A stretch of DNA of 63,987 nt, filler included, from Licmophora abbreviata (Eukaryota): assembly GCA_900291995.1 (NCBI GenBank). It is 12 parts of 12 records of this genome, joined end to end, with 100 filler letters (N's around TTAATTAATTAA, not from the genome) between each part and the next. Parts side by side here need not be neighbours in the genome. Positions count along the whole stretch, not along the records: positions 25,968 to 50,757 come from OLMU01004116.1; 11 more parts are not named here. One strand, given 5' to 3'. Positions 33,903 to 45,063 of the stretch are shown piece by piece. The translations under genes were made by a program, and so were the position numbers. The first letter of the stretch is position 1, and every line of letters begins with the position of its first letter. The notes beneath the pieces were generated by a model that was given only the letters and a program-made list of their open reading frames with translations, was not told where the DNA came from and ran no database searches.

Positions 33903-36900
33903 TTAGTTAACTTCGTGCCAAGCCATGCTGAACGAGTCCAACGTGAGCCCGTTGCTCTCTCGTGGCAGTGTCTCAGTTGTTAGACCTTCTTCGCAAATGG
34001 CACAATCATGCCATGCAAAGTCGTCTGCATCGTCGCAATTTGACAGAAAGTCATTCGAAGAATTCATCACGTCCGAAACGCTGCGTCCCTTACTCGTAAG
34101 TAGCACCATGAACCCACCACCCCCGGCTCCACACAATGACGCTGCTGCAATCTCGTTAGTTGTACTCAAGTAATGTATCAAGTCGCGTACCAGATGAGGT
34201 TCCACACCGCTGTCTGGTCCCGCCATGAGTCGCTTGTGAGCCCAAAACTCGTTCAGTGAGGAAGCGAGTTGCTCCACGTTGCCATTCAAAATCGCATCCC
34301 GAGCAACAGAGGCGGCCTGCACCAGTTCGCTCACGGTTTGCACGATTTCGGGACTTCTCTGGGCCCATCGCTGCAACACTGTCTGCAAAATATTCTTGGC
34401 GAGACGCGTCTTGCCGGTAAAGGCGAGTACGAGTCGACTGTTGAGTTCGTCGCGAGCACGTGGGTCCAACTGTAGCTGTTCCACCGATACAGAGAGCGGA
34501 AGGACGTTTGTCGCGGAGGTTGCAAGCTTGAAGCCACCGATCAAGCCTCCGACCTGATCTTGCCATCCACCTCCTGTAGTGAGTAGCTGCTCAATCATGA
34601 GGACCGCATGAATGAGGTTCTTGTCATTGTAAGAAATGTCGACACCACAGCACTTTCCGATGCTGGCGAGAATGCAACCCGCCAGAATGGAGCTGGTTCC
34701 CATGCCACTGCCCTGCGGAAGCAACGAGGTGGACACGATTTCCATTCCGACGTTTGTGTCACTCTGACAAAAGCGATTGATGTAAGGCTGGAGATTGCCG
34801 TCGGGAGATTTGTCAATCTGATTTAAAGACACCAACCCCATGTGTACGAGAGCGCATTTAAACAGTGCACAGCCAGCTGCTGGATTACGACAATCCCCAA
34901 AATCTCCGATCGTCGAGAGCGACATGTACGTATCGGATCGCAGTGAGCCTGTAAGCGACTCCCGTGCTTCCGCCCGCAACTTGATTCCGTGCCCGCCGGG
35001 CACCACTCGACACCGACACGAGAGCGGCTTCTTCCCATCGATCGTAACGGCAAAGTTCAAAACAGCTCCACCGTACTCAAAACAAATGGGAGGCGTGTCA
35101 CTCCATGCGCCCGCAAAGTCGATTCGGGCAGGCGCCGTGGCCACCACCCAAGAGTCGGCAGGAGCAGGACTTGTTCGAGGGAACAAGGTCGACTCCTGAG
35201 TTGTGGAACCTGACACGCAAATCTCCGTCATGGCCGCTGCTGCTTGTTCCATAGCTTGTGAGCATAGTTGTAGGCCGAAAGGCGACTCCGACTCCTTCAA
35301 GGTCAAATCACGCGCATGCGCCAGACGTTCCATCGATTTACTTCTCTGCTCCTTCGAGGACATGCGCATTTGAAGCGATTGAACTTCGCGATCGAAAAGA
35401 TCTCGTCCTCGCTGCTCGTCGCCGGCGGACATCAATCTTGGGCGCGAATCATCCCGGTTCAAACCAGCTAGGTAGTTCAAATAAGAGCTTTCGATCGTCA
35501 ACGCACGACCGCAAATGTCGTAGTGTCCTCGAAGCATGGCTTCCATTACGACGTGATCGATCATGGCACACGTGGATCTACACTCTCGAAAACTGCCCGT
35601 AGCTGCGAAATCAAGGAGCCCGAGGGTCAACTTGGTCGGATCATGTCGTCGTTGCAGCAGAGTTTCCTTGATACGAAGTAGACTCTTCTCCTGATGCAAT
35701 GGGACATTTTTGTTGGTAATCCCAATCCGATACCGCAACTCATCATCGGGATTCGACTGTCGACGAATCTCAGACAAGGAGACCCTTGGCAGGTCCTTCC
35801 ACGATGCAAAACTCTTCGCGAATCCGCATGGCAAGGTCGCATCACTACCCTGCGATAGCCTTCGAAGCGCAGGTACCCATCCAAATAGATCATTGTACAT
35901 CATCTTCGTACTTGGACCATCATCAGTAGAAGGAGCGACAATCGGGTGGATACGTGCGTTCCACAGCAGACCGGCACTACCATCCTTCCCCCACAAGTCC
36001 GCCTCCTCCATCCCGGTCCATCTCAGAACATCGTTTACTTTCATCCCATAAATTGTGTCGCCGGATTTGATTCCATCGTTCATGCCAAAGCACATGTAAA
36101 CATACGCATTCGTTCGGTTCCAAGTCAAAGATAGAATCTGAAGGCACATGGCATCTGGCAGGTGGAATGAGTCGCATTCACCTCGAACTCCACTGACAAG
36201 GCAGTCCTTTCCGATTTCGATATGAGGAGTACATTCCAACAACGTGTGCTCCACAACAGTACCAGAGCCAATCGAAATGGACTCTCCATCGCCTAGCAAA
36301 ACAGAGTTGACAACAACACAATCATCCGATACCTTCGCTGGATCTCCCAGAACGGAACCAACATACTTGGACAGCCGTAGCTTGGCCCCAATGTCGCGGC
36401 AGAGTTGCTGATTGACACTTTCATTGCCCTGCTGACGACTTCGATTCGGACAAGACCCATAGATTGCAAAATCCACCAACTCTCGGCTCGTACCGAGATG
36501 GAGGAAGCGACCAGCATGTAGCGCCATCACACCTAAGGAAAAGGGACTCAGCGCTGTATATACATCTGTCAAGATCTCAAGGGGACAATGCATCATTCGA
36601 AAACATTTTCACGTACTCGTCTTGCGACATGCTGCTGTTCGACGAGAGCGCGAGCAAAAAGTGCGTATAGAGTTCCACTTTGATTGCATGCGCACGGCCA
36701 AAGTCTCCACATGACATGGTCCGCGTCTCATCCTCCCACATCCCTTGCAGTCCCCGTTCGGTACATGCTCGGAGTGAAGTTGAGGATGTCAAGTGTCTCA
36801 ATGCCTTTGCACTGGTCGGCGAAAAGACGATCACGCCAGTGTCGATCCATGCTTGGTCAACGTCGTCGTTGTCCGACGACAACACACAGTTCTCTGTTTC

Positions 36901-37569
36901 ATACATTTCGGATATGCTCGGTTTCTGGAGAACCTGTTGCACGCCTCCTTGTGGATTGAGCACAAACACACCATGATTCTTTGCAGTGGACAAGGGCGCC
37001 GGCACTGCGACCCCCATCACGCTCTGTTGGTAGTCTTTACTATCCCAGTCAATGGCCGAGTCACTAGAACCTTCCATAGTTGGAAGGTGAAGTATACAAT
37101 CGGAAGCAACCACCACAACGCTGCCCTTTGGTATAGACCGACACATACGACTTAATGTCTGTATCAAGAGTACCGTTGGGTTGCTTATGATGACCCTTTG
37201 GTCGTCGCCGTCGCCTTGTATCAACGGTAGTGTCGTCCACGCCTTGCCAAGTACCATTTGAGTTGGACATCGAGACGAATCGCCTCCTGCATGGACAATC
37301 AGGACGACGTCGTCGTCAAGAGAGGCAGACTTCACTGTCTGGTAGTATTTATCCAAGGCGGCCAAAGTACCTCCGCCGCTGCCGCATCGAGCACCGAAGG
37401 GATCGTATGTCGAGACAATCTGAACATTTTTATGGTTTGGAAATGTCGAGCCTAGTTCCTTCAAGGGACCGGCGCTTGCAGCTTCCGACGCTTGTCGATC
37501 TGGGGATGTAACAATGATAGCATCAAACGGACAAGGGTCGTCGTCAGAGTAGGAGGAGGAAGACGGCAT
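33903..37569 (-). CDS. FKGP: Bifunctional L-fucokinase/GDP-L-fucose pyrophosphorylase-like protein; 1-nt frameshift at about 36581-36584
   Basis: N-terminal GSGGGTL, HAGGDSSRCP..GKAW, NHGVF..LQKPS, FLHLGTSRE. GHMP kinase PARIDFAGAWSDTPP, LPQGSGMGTSS, GGGWQDQ and GAGGGG. Deleting one C in a CCCC run joins the two ORFs. Confidence 0.88.
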
Positions 37570-38082
37570 GGGACGATGTCTTTCTTTTCTTCTGATTACA
37601 CCGTGACCATCATGGTCACAAGAAAAATGGAACAGATTTGGAAAGATTTCATTTCTCCTATCATCACGAGTTATTTTGATTTTGCGCGCGAAACAAAGCG
37701 ATACTTCCTTTTCACCGACGATGGCCAGAGCAGCCTCCAAGAATGGCCACCAGCAGGAGGTCGTCGTCGAGCTCTTGTTGGAGCACGGGGCAGAGAATAA
37801 TCTAGGGGGATCGAGGTGCACGCCCTTGTCTGCGACCAAGTACAACAAGCATGCTGCCATTGTGAGTTTGTTGGAGGCGACGACGACGGCGACCAGTATC
37901 GCAGCACCACCGCAGCCGTAGCAGTTTTTAAGGAAGAGAAAGCACATTCTATTCCGCGTCGTAGACACCCATCATGGTAGGATAGCAACATGTTTACTTG
38001 TTCTTAGCAACTCTACATACCATATAATACAAACTGACACAGTCGCACCCGCTCACTGACTTGACTCGCTCCCACTCCCACG

Positions 38083-39501
38083 TCATTCATCAAGTATATA
38101 GTACTTCAACACGTGAGGCTTGGCCCGCAACAAACAATAGATTGAATTAACGTCGTTCGAATGAACGGCCGCCGTCATGAAGGGAAACATCCTGTCCCTC
38201 AAATCTCTCGTATCCACAGCACGCGGCTCCGCCTTGACCATGAGTTCAAAGACTTCCTTGTCGTACGATTCGGCCCGTTCCGATAGTATATCAATGGGAA
38301 GTCGCCCATCGTCATCGGTCATGCGTGCAGCATCAGGATGCGCTTGCAACAACAAACAGACCGTGGATGGACTTTTGCGGGGCATGACGGTGGTTGCCAT
38401 CATTAAGGGAGTGCGGCCACGATCGTCACGTTCTTGGACTTGGTTGGGGTGGAGTGTCAGCGCATGCGACACAATTGGAGTGGGACATCCCAATTGAATG
38501 AGTGCATGGATCACTCGAAAGTCTGTTGTCTCTTTCTTACTGATTCCCACCTCTGTCGCTCGCACCAATACGAGAAGACTGTCCCACAACACGTGTCCAC
38601 ATCCGCCGCCGTCTTGCTGCTCGTCCTCTGTGCTGCCCCCGCCGTCGTCTTCTTGGGGATTCGTACGTGCGCCGGCCTTTTCCTCGAGGACACGACAGAC
38701 CTCGGAACACAAGAGAGTTAGCGGTGTGTCACCCTTGTTGTCCTTGGACAGTACACCACCGTATGGGTCAGGATCACCGCCACCCTGTTCCTTTGCTGCA
38801 TCGATCAACACTCGAATCACGTCGGGGTCCGAGGGAGGAAGGAGTTGTTGTGACATGTCGTTGTCGTCAGTATTCGTATTGTTCGTGACAGCAACATCAC
38901 CGACACGACACGAACAGGCATGATGAAGGGGTCTTCTCCCTTTCGCGTCTCTGTGCAAAATCGCTTCCGGGTATGCCTGGAGGAGTATCTTTGCGACCTC
39001 GACCGAGTGTCGGACGTGGTGGAGAGGCAAGAGTTTCTGCTGTGAGCCCATCCACGACATTGTAAAAATGGCGTCAGGATTTTCCTTCAACAAGAGCGAG
39101 ACAATGTTGACGCTGCTATCGTGGTCACATGATTTCACTATACACCGCACAGCAGTGCTCAGTGGACTTTCTCCCCTCCCGTCGGTATGAAAGACAGCGT
39201 CAGGATAGGCCTCCAAGAAGGCCTCGACGACAGAAAACGGAATGCTGTTTCTGCTGTCAGTGCTACGGTCACCACTCTGATGAGAAATATCATAGGCCTT
39301 GACAAAGGCTCTTTGAAGAATACTTGGACTGGCAAAATGTGCATAACAGGCTGCTTCTTCCGGATACGACTGCAGACGGCGCTCGATGGCAGGCCACGGA
39401 ATGATCGGATCGTCCGAATCAAGAAGTTCGAGCAGATTTCGGTCATCTCGGTCGTGACTAACACTTGAGGATCCAGTCAAATATGAAAGGATAGACCCCA
39501 T
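38083..39501 (-). CDS. Ankyrin-like repeat protein with possible N-myristoylation (MGSILS)
   Basis: Repeated units such as AYPDAVFHTDGRGESPL, AYPEAILHRDAKGRRPLHHA, RDDRGRTPL, DDDGRLPI, and C-terminal MFPFMTAA..SIYCLLRAKP. Confidence 0.8.
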   Translation of the reverse strand: MGSILSYLTGSSSVSHDRDDRNLLELLDSDDPIIPWPAIERRLQSYPEEAACYAHFASPSILQRAFVKAYDISHQSGDRSTDSRNSIPFSVVEAFLEAYPDAVFHTDGRGESPLSTAVRCIVKSCDHDSSVNIVSLLLKENPDAIFTMSWMGSQQKLLPLHHVRHSVEVAKILLQAYPEAILHRDAKGRRPLHHACSCRVGDVAVTNNTNTDDNDMSQQLLPPSDPDVIRVLIDAAKEQGGGDPDPYGGVLSKDNKGDTPLTLLCSEVCRVLEEKAGARTNPQEDDGGGSTEDEQQDGGGCGHVLWDSLLVLVRATEVGISKKETTDFRVIHALIQLGCPTPIVSHALTLHPNQVQERDDRGRTPLMMATTVMPRKSPSTVCLLLQAHPDAARMTDDDGRLPIDILSERAESYDKEVFELMVKAEPRAVDTRDLRDRMFPFMTAAVHSNDVNSIYCLLRAKPHVLKYYILDE

Positions 39502-39792
39502 TGCGCTTGTAGACCCGATCAATCAATCAAAGCATCGCTTGCACACGCCGATGATCTGTATCATACCTGGTATGAAAAGTGTGTCGCGAATCTTTATTTG
39601 TTCTGGTTGTCACAGATTTACTTCGGGGGGCGGTGTGGTCTGTCCGGAGTGACGTTCTTGACGCGTGACGAACAAGCCCTTATGTGTCATAAATGTCATG
39701 ATATTTCTAAGGATCCACATTCAACTTGTCGGTTTTGCGCGCGCCACCCAATACATTGGATGCCATCATCCACCATGACAGCGGCTGTGACG

Positions 39793-40710
39793 ATGCGGTC
39801 TAATTTCGTCTTCTCTACAACAGTCCTCGGGGTCGGGTCGCTCTTCAGAGCGTCCTCCACTATTGCATTTGTTTCGTCTCGAAGGACTTTAAAAACAAGA
39901 ACAAGGACGTTGACCACTACTACTTTCCGTACCACTAGTAGTGCTGCTGCTGCCGCCAACAAAGACGACGAATCAGCTCGACTGGAAAAAGCGCTGGAGC
40001 GTTCTTCGAAACTCCAGCAAGACGGCTCTACTGCGTGGTACTTATCATCCAAGAATACTAGTAAGAAGATTCCCTTCAAGTGCACTTCCTGTGGAAGATG
40101 CTGTCAAACCAAAGGAAGTGTCTACCTCAGTCCGGATGAAGTTCAGGGCGCTGCTGCCTTGTTGAATACCACCACGGTCCAATTTATTCAACGCTTTGCG
40201 AGTCATACAATCAGTCCAAAACAACAACAACAACAACAACAACAAGACAACGGAAACGACAGCGGCGACCAGGAAGCATCAATACGTATACCCTGGATCA
40301 AGCTAAAGAACAAGGAGGACACGGGAGCATGCATATTTCTCGATGAAGTCTCGAACCAGTGTACCATATACGAGGCCCGACCGGTGCAGTGCAGTACCTA
40401 TCCCTTTTGGAGTAATATTATGCGGGATGTCAATGCATGGAACGATGAAGTCAGAATACCAGATGACGCCGACAAGTCTTGGACGATTCCCTATTGGAGC
40501 GTCGAACGTGGTGGATGTGAGGGAATGAAGTGGATTGGCGGTAGCAGCTGCACTGATGATAGCGACTCGTCGCCGACATATGATGAGCCGATCGATGAAG
40601 AGACAGGAGTCCCACCGGAAGAAGCCCATCGACAGCTATTGGAATATCAACGAGCCGAACGACTGTTTCCAAGTGCACCGCACATACCAGTCGACAGCAA
40701 TAACAACTAG
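39793..40710 (+). CDS. YkgJ/UPF0153 CxxCxxCC Fe-S/Zn-cluster protein, probably plastid-targeted
   Basis: FKCTSCGRCC, CIFLD..NQCTIYEARPVQCSTYPFW and GCEG. N-terminal signal..TIA|FV plus a Thr/Arg-rich transit-like region. A CAA microsatellite encodes poly-Q. Confidence 0.8.
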   Translation: MRSNFVFSTTVLGVGSLFRASSTIAFVSSRRTLKTRTRTLTTTTFRTTSSAAAAANKDDESARLEKALERSSKLQQDGSTAWYLSSKNTSKKIPFKCTSCGRCCQTKGSVYLSPDEVQGAAALLNTTTVQFIQRFASHTISPKQQQQQQQQDNGNDSGDQEASIRIPWIKLKNKEDTGACIFLDEVSNQCTIYEARPVQCSTYPFWSNIMRDVNAWNDEVRIPDDADKSWTIPYWSVERGGCEGMKWIGGSSCTDDSDSSPTYDEPIDEETGVPPEEAHRQLLEYQRAERLFPSAPHIPVDSNNN

Positions 40711-40810
40711 CGAATAGCGAGTAGAACTATACGTAGTGTCGCCTTACGCTCTCGATAGCTGCGCTCCATCCAGTCATCATCATGCATGCGTGCGCAAATT
40801 CACCACCGTC

Positions 40811-41945
40811 TCATATTATAACGCAACCTCTGAGGCTTTCATCACCTCCCTCGCCGTCCTTGGCTTCGGTCGATGACGAAGATAATGCCCCGCATAGGAT
40901 AGGCTCGCAAATGGCCGACGCTACAGTCCTCGCTTGTACCCCATCGCTGTCGGTACTTTGGATAGACATAGTGGTACTCGCGCCGCCACTCCCGTTTTTT
41001 CGCCGTCGTCGTGAAGGCTTCGACGAACCACCAATCTTCAGAGTATTCCTCCCCCCATTGCTGCCCATCGGGATACCTCCATCGGAACTAAGATCACTGA
41101 TTCCTGGTGGAATAGAGCTCGACGGTACTTGTTCCTGGTCCCCATGCGGCGTTCGGATTGGCGTGTCGGCATTGGGATTCGGTGTCCCACTGGGAGTACT
41201 ATAGCTTTGTCCCCGCTTGACGACACGTCCCTGTTCATCGATACTCGCACCGGGCGTCACGGGAATCTTATCTTCGGAACTATACATTTTCGCCTTTTCT
41301 CGAAACCTCAATACTCGTTCCGCCACTTGCCGAAAGAGCTCTGTCACGTTGGTATTGTTCTTGGCACTCGTATCCACCCACATTGCCCCCATGGCTTGCG
41401 CCAACTCCTGCGCTTTACGATGACTGATCGCTCGCGGTTCCAAATCCGACTTTGTCGCACACATGCAAATGACGATACTCCCCGCGGCTACATTGCGATG
41501 CAGCTCGTCCAGCCAGTACCGCATGGTATCGTAGGAATCCGCATTCGTCGTGTCGTAACAGACGATGGCAGCCGCTGCATTCTTATAATACATCGGTGCC
41601 ATGGCACGAAACTGAGACTGACCGGCCGTGTCCCAAATTTGAATCTTGCACGTCAACCCTGACACCTGCAGTCGTTTCGTCATGAAGAAGGCACCTACTG
41701 TCGCACTGCGTGCCTCTTCGCGATAGTAGCCTTCGGCAAATCGTAGCACCAGGGATGTCTTGCCGGTATTTGTATCTCCCAACATGACGACCTGAGAGGA
41801 GGGATAGACAAAAAGAGGCAGTGAATAAGCTTGGTAAAGTAAGAGCGGCGTAAGAGCCACAAGCAAGAAGTACCGCGGCAGCAGCGAAGAGAGACTACAG
41901 TTTTCTCACCTTGAATTCTGCCTGGGGCAGTTCCACATGCGGCAT
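40811..41945 (-). CDS. Rab GTPase (Rab5/21/22-like) with long C-terminal extension; exons 41945-41910 and 41791-40811
   Basis: MPHVELPQAEFK|VVMLGDTNTGKTS across a GTGAG..CAG intron. WDTAGQ, MAPMYY, TKSDL, DTSAK and C-terminal CVII. Confidence 0.9.
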
Positions 41946-42811
41946 GCTTCTATACTACGAGAGTGGGTGGTGAACGAGAGGGCCTAACGATGAGATGAAG
42001 CGGAGTTGCGGTACGGCAGCGGATGATCAATGATCAAGGGACGGCGCGTTCTCTCACACTGTGATGCGGATAGCAGCGCGCCATGTTTGCCATGAACTTG
42101 ACTTCTGATGAAGCTTGGACTGATTAAGGTGCTCTCCATGGTAATAAGTGTAAACGTATTGTACTATAATAAAATACATATGTGTTTACCTATGTATGTG
42201 GACATTTCCATCCGTCGTAGTCACTTTTTGTATTTTGATACATACGTTTCTCTGACATTTCAAATAGGAATATCTCGAGCTCCTCCTCACCAAAGTTCGG
42301 GGAGAGAGCGTGAGCTTTCCTCATCGCCGGTGCATGAGACGACGGTCCCCGTGCACCCCGAGGTACCTATGATACGGGTACCAGGTACCCGTTCGAGTCT
42401 TCTGCCCAATACTGGTGGTACAGTCACTCCTTGCAACTCAGTGTGAGAAAGTTGCAGGAGCATTTGCTGTACTCGTGCCAAGACAAGACAGAGGTTGGAG
42501 TCAGTCGTCAACACAGACACACTTCTGGATGGGGCCTCTGAAGTTGCACAACGTGCAGAAGATGAAAGGAGGCTACGAATATTTGAGGGAGTTTGGAACG
42601 GCAGTAGAGTACCAGCACACTACAGCCCACTATCGTTCCATCGAATAGGCAAAGAAACAGACAATTCGATATGAATCTTCTTCCATTAGTTTGTCTTCTT
42701 ATACGTGAGACCTTGCGTTGTCTACTTCGCCAACATGGATTCAATCTCATGCACTTTTGACCCGAAGCAGCTCTGTTTCGCATTATCCTTTCAGATCGTC
42801 CTCATAGGTTC

Positions 42812-43597
42812 TTACTTTTTACGATTGTACGGTCCCGCTTCGCGAACATTCGCCATGACCTTTGCGGCATTCTTGGCAATCTGATCGAAATCTCCGCGGG
42901 CAATTGCTTCCTGGTCAAACAGAGGAGCGACGAGTCCTACAGATGCAGCTCCATTCTTTAGGAACTCACCGGCATTGTCCAGGTCAACTCCCGAGGTGGG
43001 GTTGATGCTCAAGAAGGGGAGAGCAGACGAGACAGCCTTGACCCAGCCGGGGCCGCCGGCGACTCCCGGAAAGAGCTTCTGGAGAGGCGCTCCGTGTCGG
43101 TAGGCATTGACGAGCTCTGTGGGCGTCTGACATCCTGGAACAGATACAATGTTTCGTTCCTTACACCATTCGATGACGTCGGGAAGCATGACGGGGGTAA
43201 TGATGAACTCCGAGCCGGCGTCAATGGCCCGTTCGGCGTCCGTAGTGGTGAGAATGGTGCCACAGCCGACCATGACGTCGCCGTCGTACTTGGCGCGAAA
43301 GTCAGAAAGATGATCGAGACAGTTGGGAGTGGTGAGAGTGAACTCGACGATCTTGAAGCCTCCATCGATCGCAGCCTGCATCGCGTTGGGGCAGGCCTCG
43401 GATGTCGCCGTCCGCAGAACGGCGCACGCGCGAATCTGGGCGAACTTGTCGAGGACGGCCTCGTAGTTCTCGACCGACTGCATGCGATCCAACGAGGAGC
43501 TAGCGGCAGCAGTCGACATGGAGCGTGCTCCGTTAAGCTGGAGAGCAGCGCGGGTGGCAGTCAAACGAAGAGCCATGGTGGGTTTACACGAGAACAT
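42812..43597 (-). CDS. KDPG/KHG aldolase (Eda family, class I) with mitochondrial presequence
   Basis: AVLR, VEFTLTTP, VGCGTIL, FIITP, PGCQTPTE, QKLFP (Schiff-base Lys) and PTSGV. N-terminus MFSCKPTMALRLTATRAALQLNGARSMS lacks acidic residues and ends in R-S-M-S. Confidence 0.88.
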   Translation of the reverse strand: MFSCKPTMALRLTATRAALQLNGARSMSTAAASSSLDRMQSVENYEAVLDKFAQIRACAVLRTATSEACPNAMQAAIDGGFKIVEFTLTTPNCLDHLSDFRAKYDGDVMVGCGTILTTTDAERAIDAGSEFIITPVMLPDVIEWCKERNIVSVPGCQTPTELVNAYRHGAPLQKLFPGVAGGPGWVKAVSSALPFLSINPTSGVDLDNAGEFLKNGAASVGLVAPLFDQEAIARGDFDQIAKNAAKVMANVREAGPYNRKK

Positions 43598-44016
43598 CAA
43601 CGATCAATCACAAAATGTGTGGTTGAAGTGAGAAACCTAGTGAAAAATTTGACATCAAACCGCGCGGCGGTACTGAAATCCTGTTCGTTTCTACGCGGTC
43701 ACTCAGAGATGAAGTGATGTGTGGCAGCTGTGGGACTTTCAGACTTGGCAGAAGCTCGACGACCAACATACGTGGCGACCAAACTGGGCGAAATTTCAGT
43801 GATTTTGGTATCCAATTCCAAATTTTGGCGCCAAAACCATGGTAGTATCTCAACGTAGCATCTACGTACACGCTCGTTTCAACCACGAGCTAAGACACAG
43901 AAGATACCGGTAGTGCGTCATTCAACTTGAACTGCTTTGCGATGATGGGCAGAAAATTGCTTTCTCACTCCCTTGACACCGGCGTATCATACATCCACTT
44001 GCTCGTCAACGATATC

Positions 44017-44959
44017 ATGTTCTCAACCGTTCTGCGTCGCACTGCAGCTACGACTGCCTTTCGCAGCACGGCAGCTCGTTCCATGGCCACTGGTCCGGCT
44101 TCCGGCGGCGAAATCAGTGACGAGTTGCTCCAGAGGCTGGGATCCCTGTCGACACAGGCGCTCGTAGACGGCCTCTGGGTCATGGGCTGGCCATCGGCTC
44201 AAATCGATGGCGCTCGCGCCCTCGCGCCTTCCATGAAGTGTGTAGGCCGCGCTGTGACGATGCGCTTCGTGCCCGCTCGACCAGATATTGCGGGGGACAA
44301 GCCTCCGGGAGGCGAGTCGCCCGAGTACGAGGCATTCGAAAAGTGTGGGCCAAATGAGGTACGTCAGGCTACTGTGCGACATCGACGTTGGATGAAGGTG
44401 AGAGTTCTCCTTGTAATGAGATGTCTAATCTTACTGTTTTGTAACTTCCAAGGTCCTGGTCATGTCTTCGGTCGGCCCATGGGAGTCCGTGGGAGGAGAC
44501 ATCAAGTTTCTTCGACTGAAGCAGCGCGAGATTGGCGGCCTTGTCACGGATGGATCGGTGCGCGATACGGACGAGATTATCAATTACGGATTCCCGTGCT
44601 TCTCGTTTTCGACTACTGCTCGGCAAGGCCCCGCTGCCATGCAGCCGTGGGAGTGCAACGGAATCATTTCGTGCGGTGGCGCTGTAGTGCGACCTGGAGA
44701 TGCGATTGTCGGTGATCAGGATGGCGTCGTCGTTGTCCCTGCCAAGGTCGCAGAAAAAGTTTACGGAATTGCTCATGGACGTGAGGTTATCGAAGGAATT
44801 GTCAAAGAGGAGCTGACGAAGAACCCTGGACCGCCCGGAAAGTTCTACCCGTTCATGAGTGGAAAGATCAAGCACGATTCGCCTCTTGCAAAGCTTCTTG
44901 CGACCAAGGGTATTACGCCCGAAAACTCGAACCAGTTTGAGGGAACTGCCGATTGGTAG
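44017..44959 (+). CDS. RraA/HMG-aldolase family (class II 4-hydroxy-4-methyl-2-oxoglutarate aldolase-like) with mitochondrial presequence; intron 44359-44452
   Basis: LSTQALVD, VGRAVTMRF, GPNE|VLVM, GGDI, GLVTDGSVRD and CGGAVVRPGDAIVGDQDGVVVVP. Presequence MFSTVLRRTAATTAFRSTAARSMA. Confidence 0.88.
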
Positions 44960-45063
44960 CGACGACGTCACTTTCAAACTTGGCCTCAAATACGAGGTGT
45001 GGTACTACAGTAGAATGTAGCCGGTCTTTACTTAGCGGTGGACGTTGAACACACTACTAGCAA

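Noticed and set aside
37570..37968. N-terminal extension of the FKGP ORF
   Set aside because: It has a non-ATG start and no family similarity. The conserved region begins shortly after ATG 37569.
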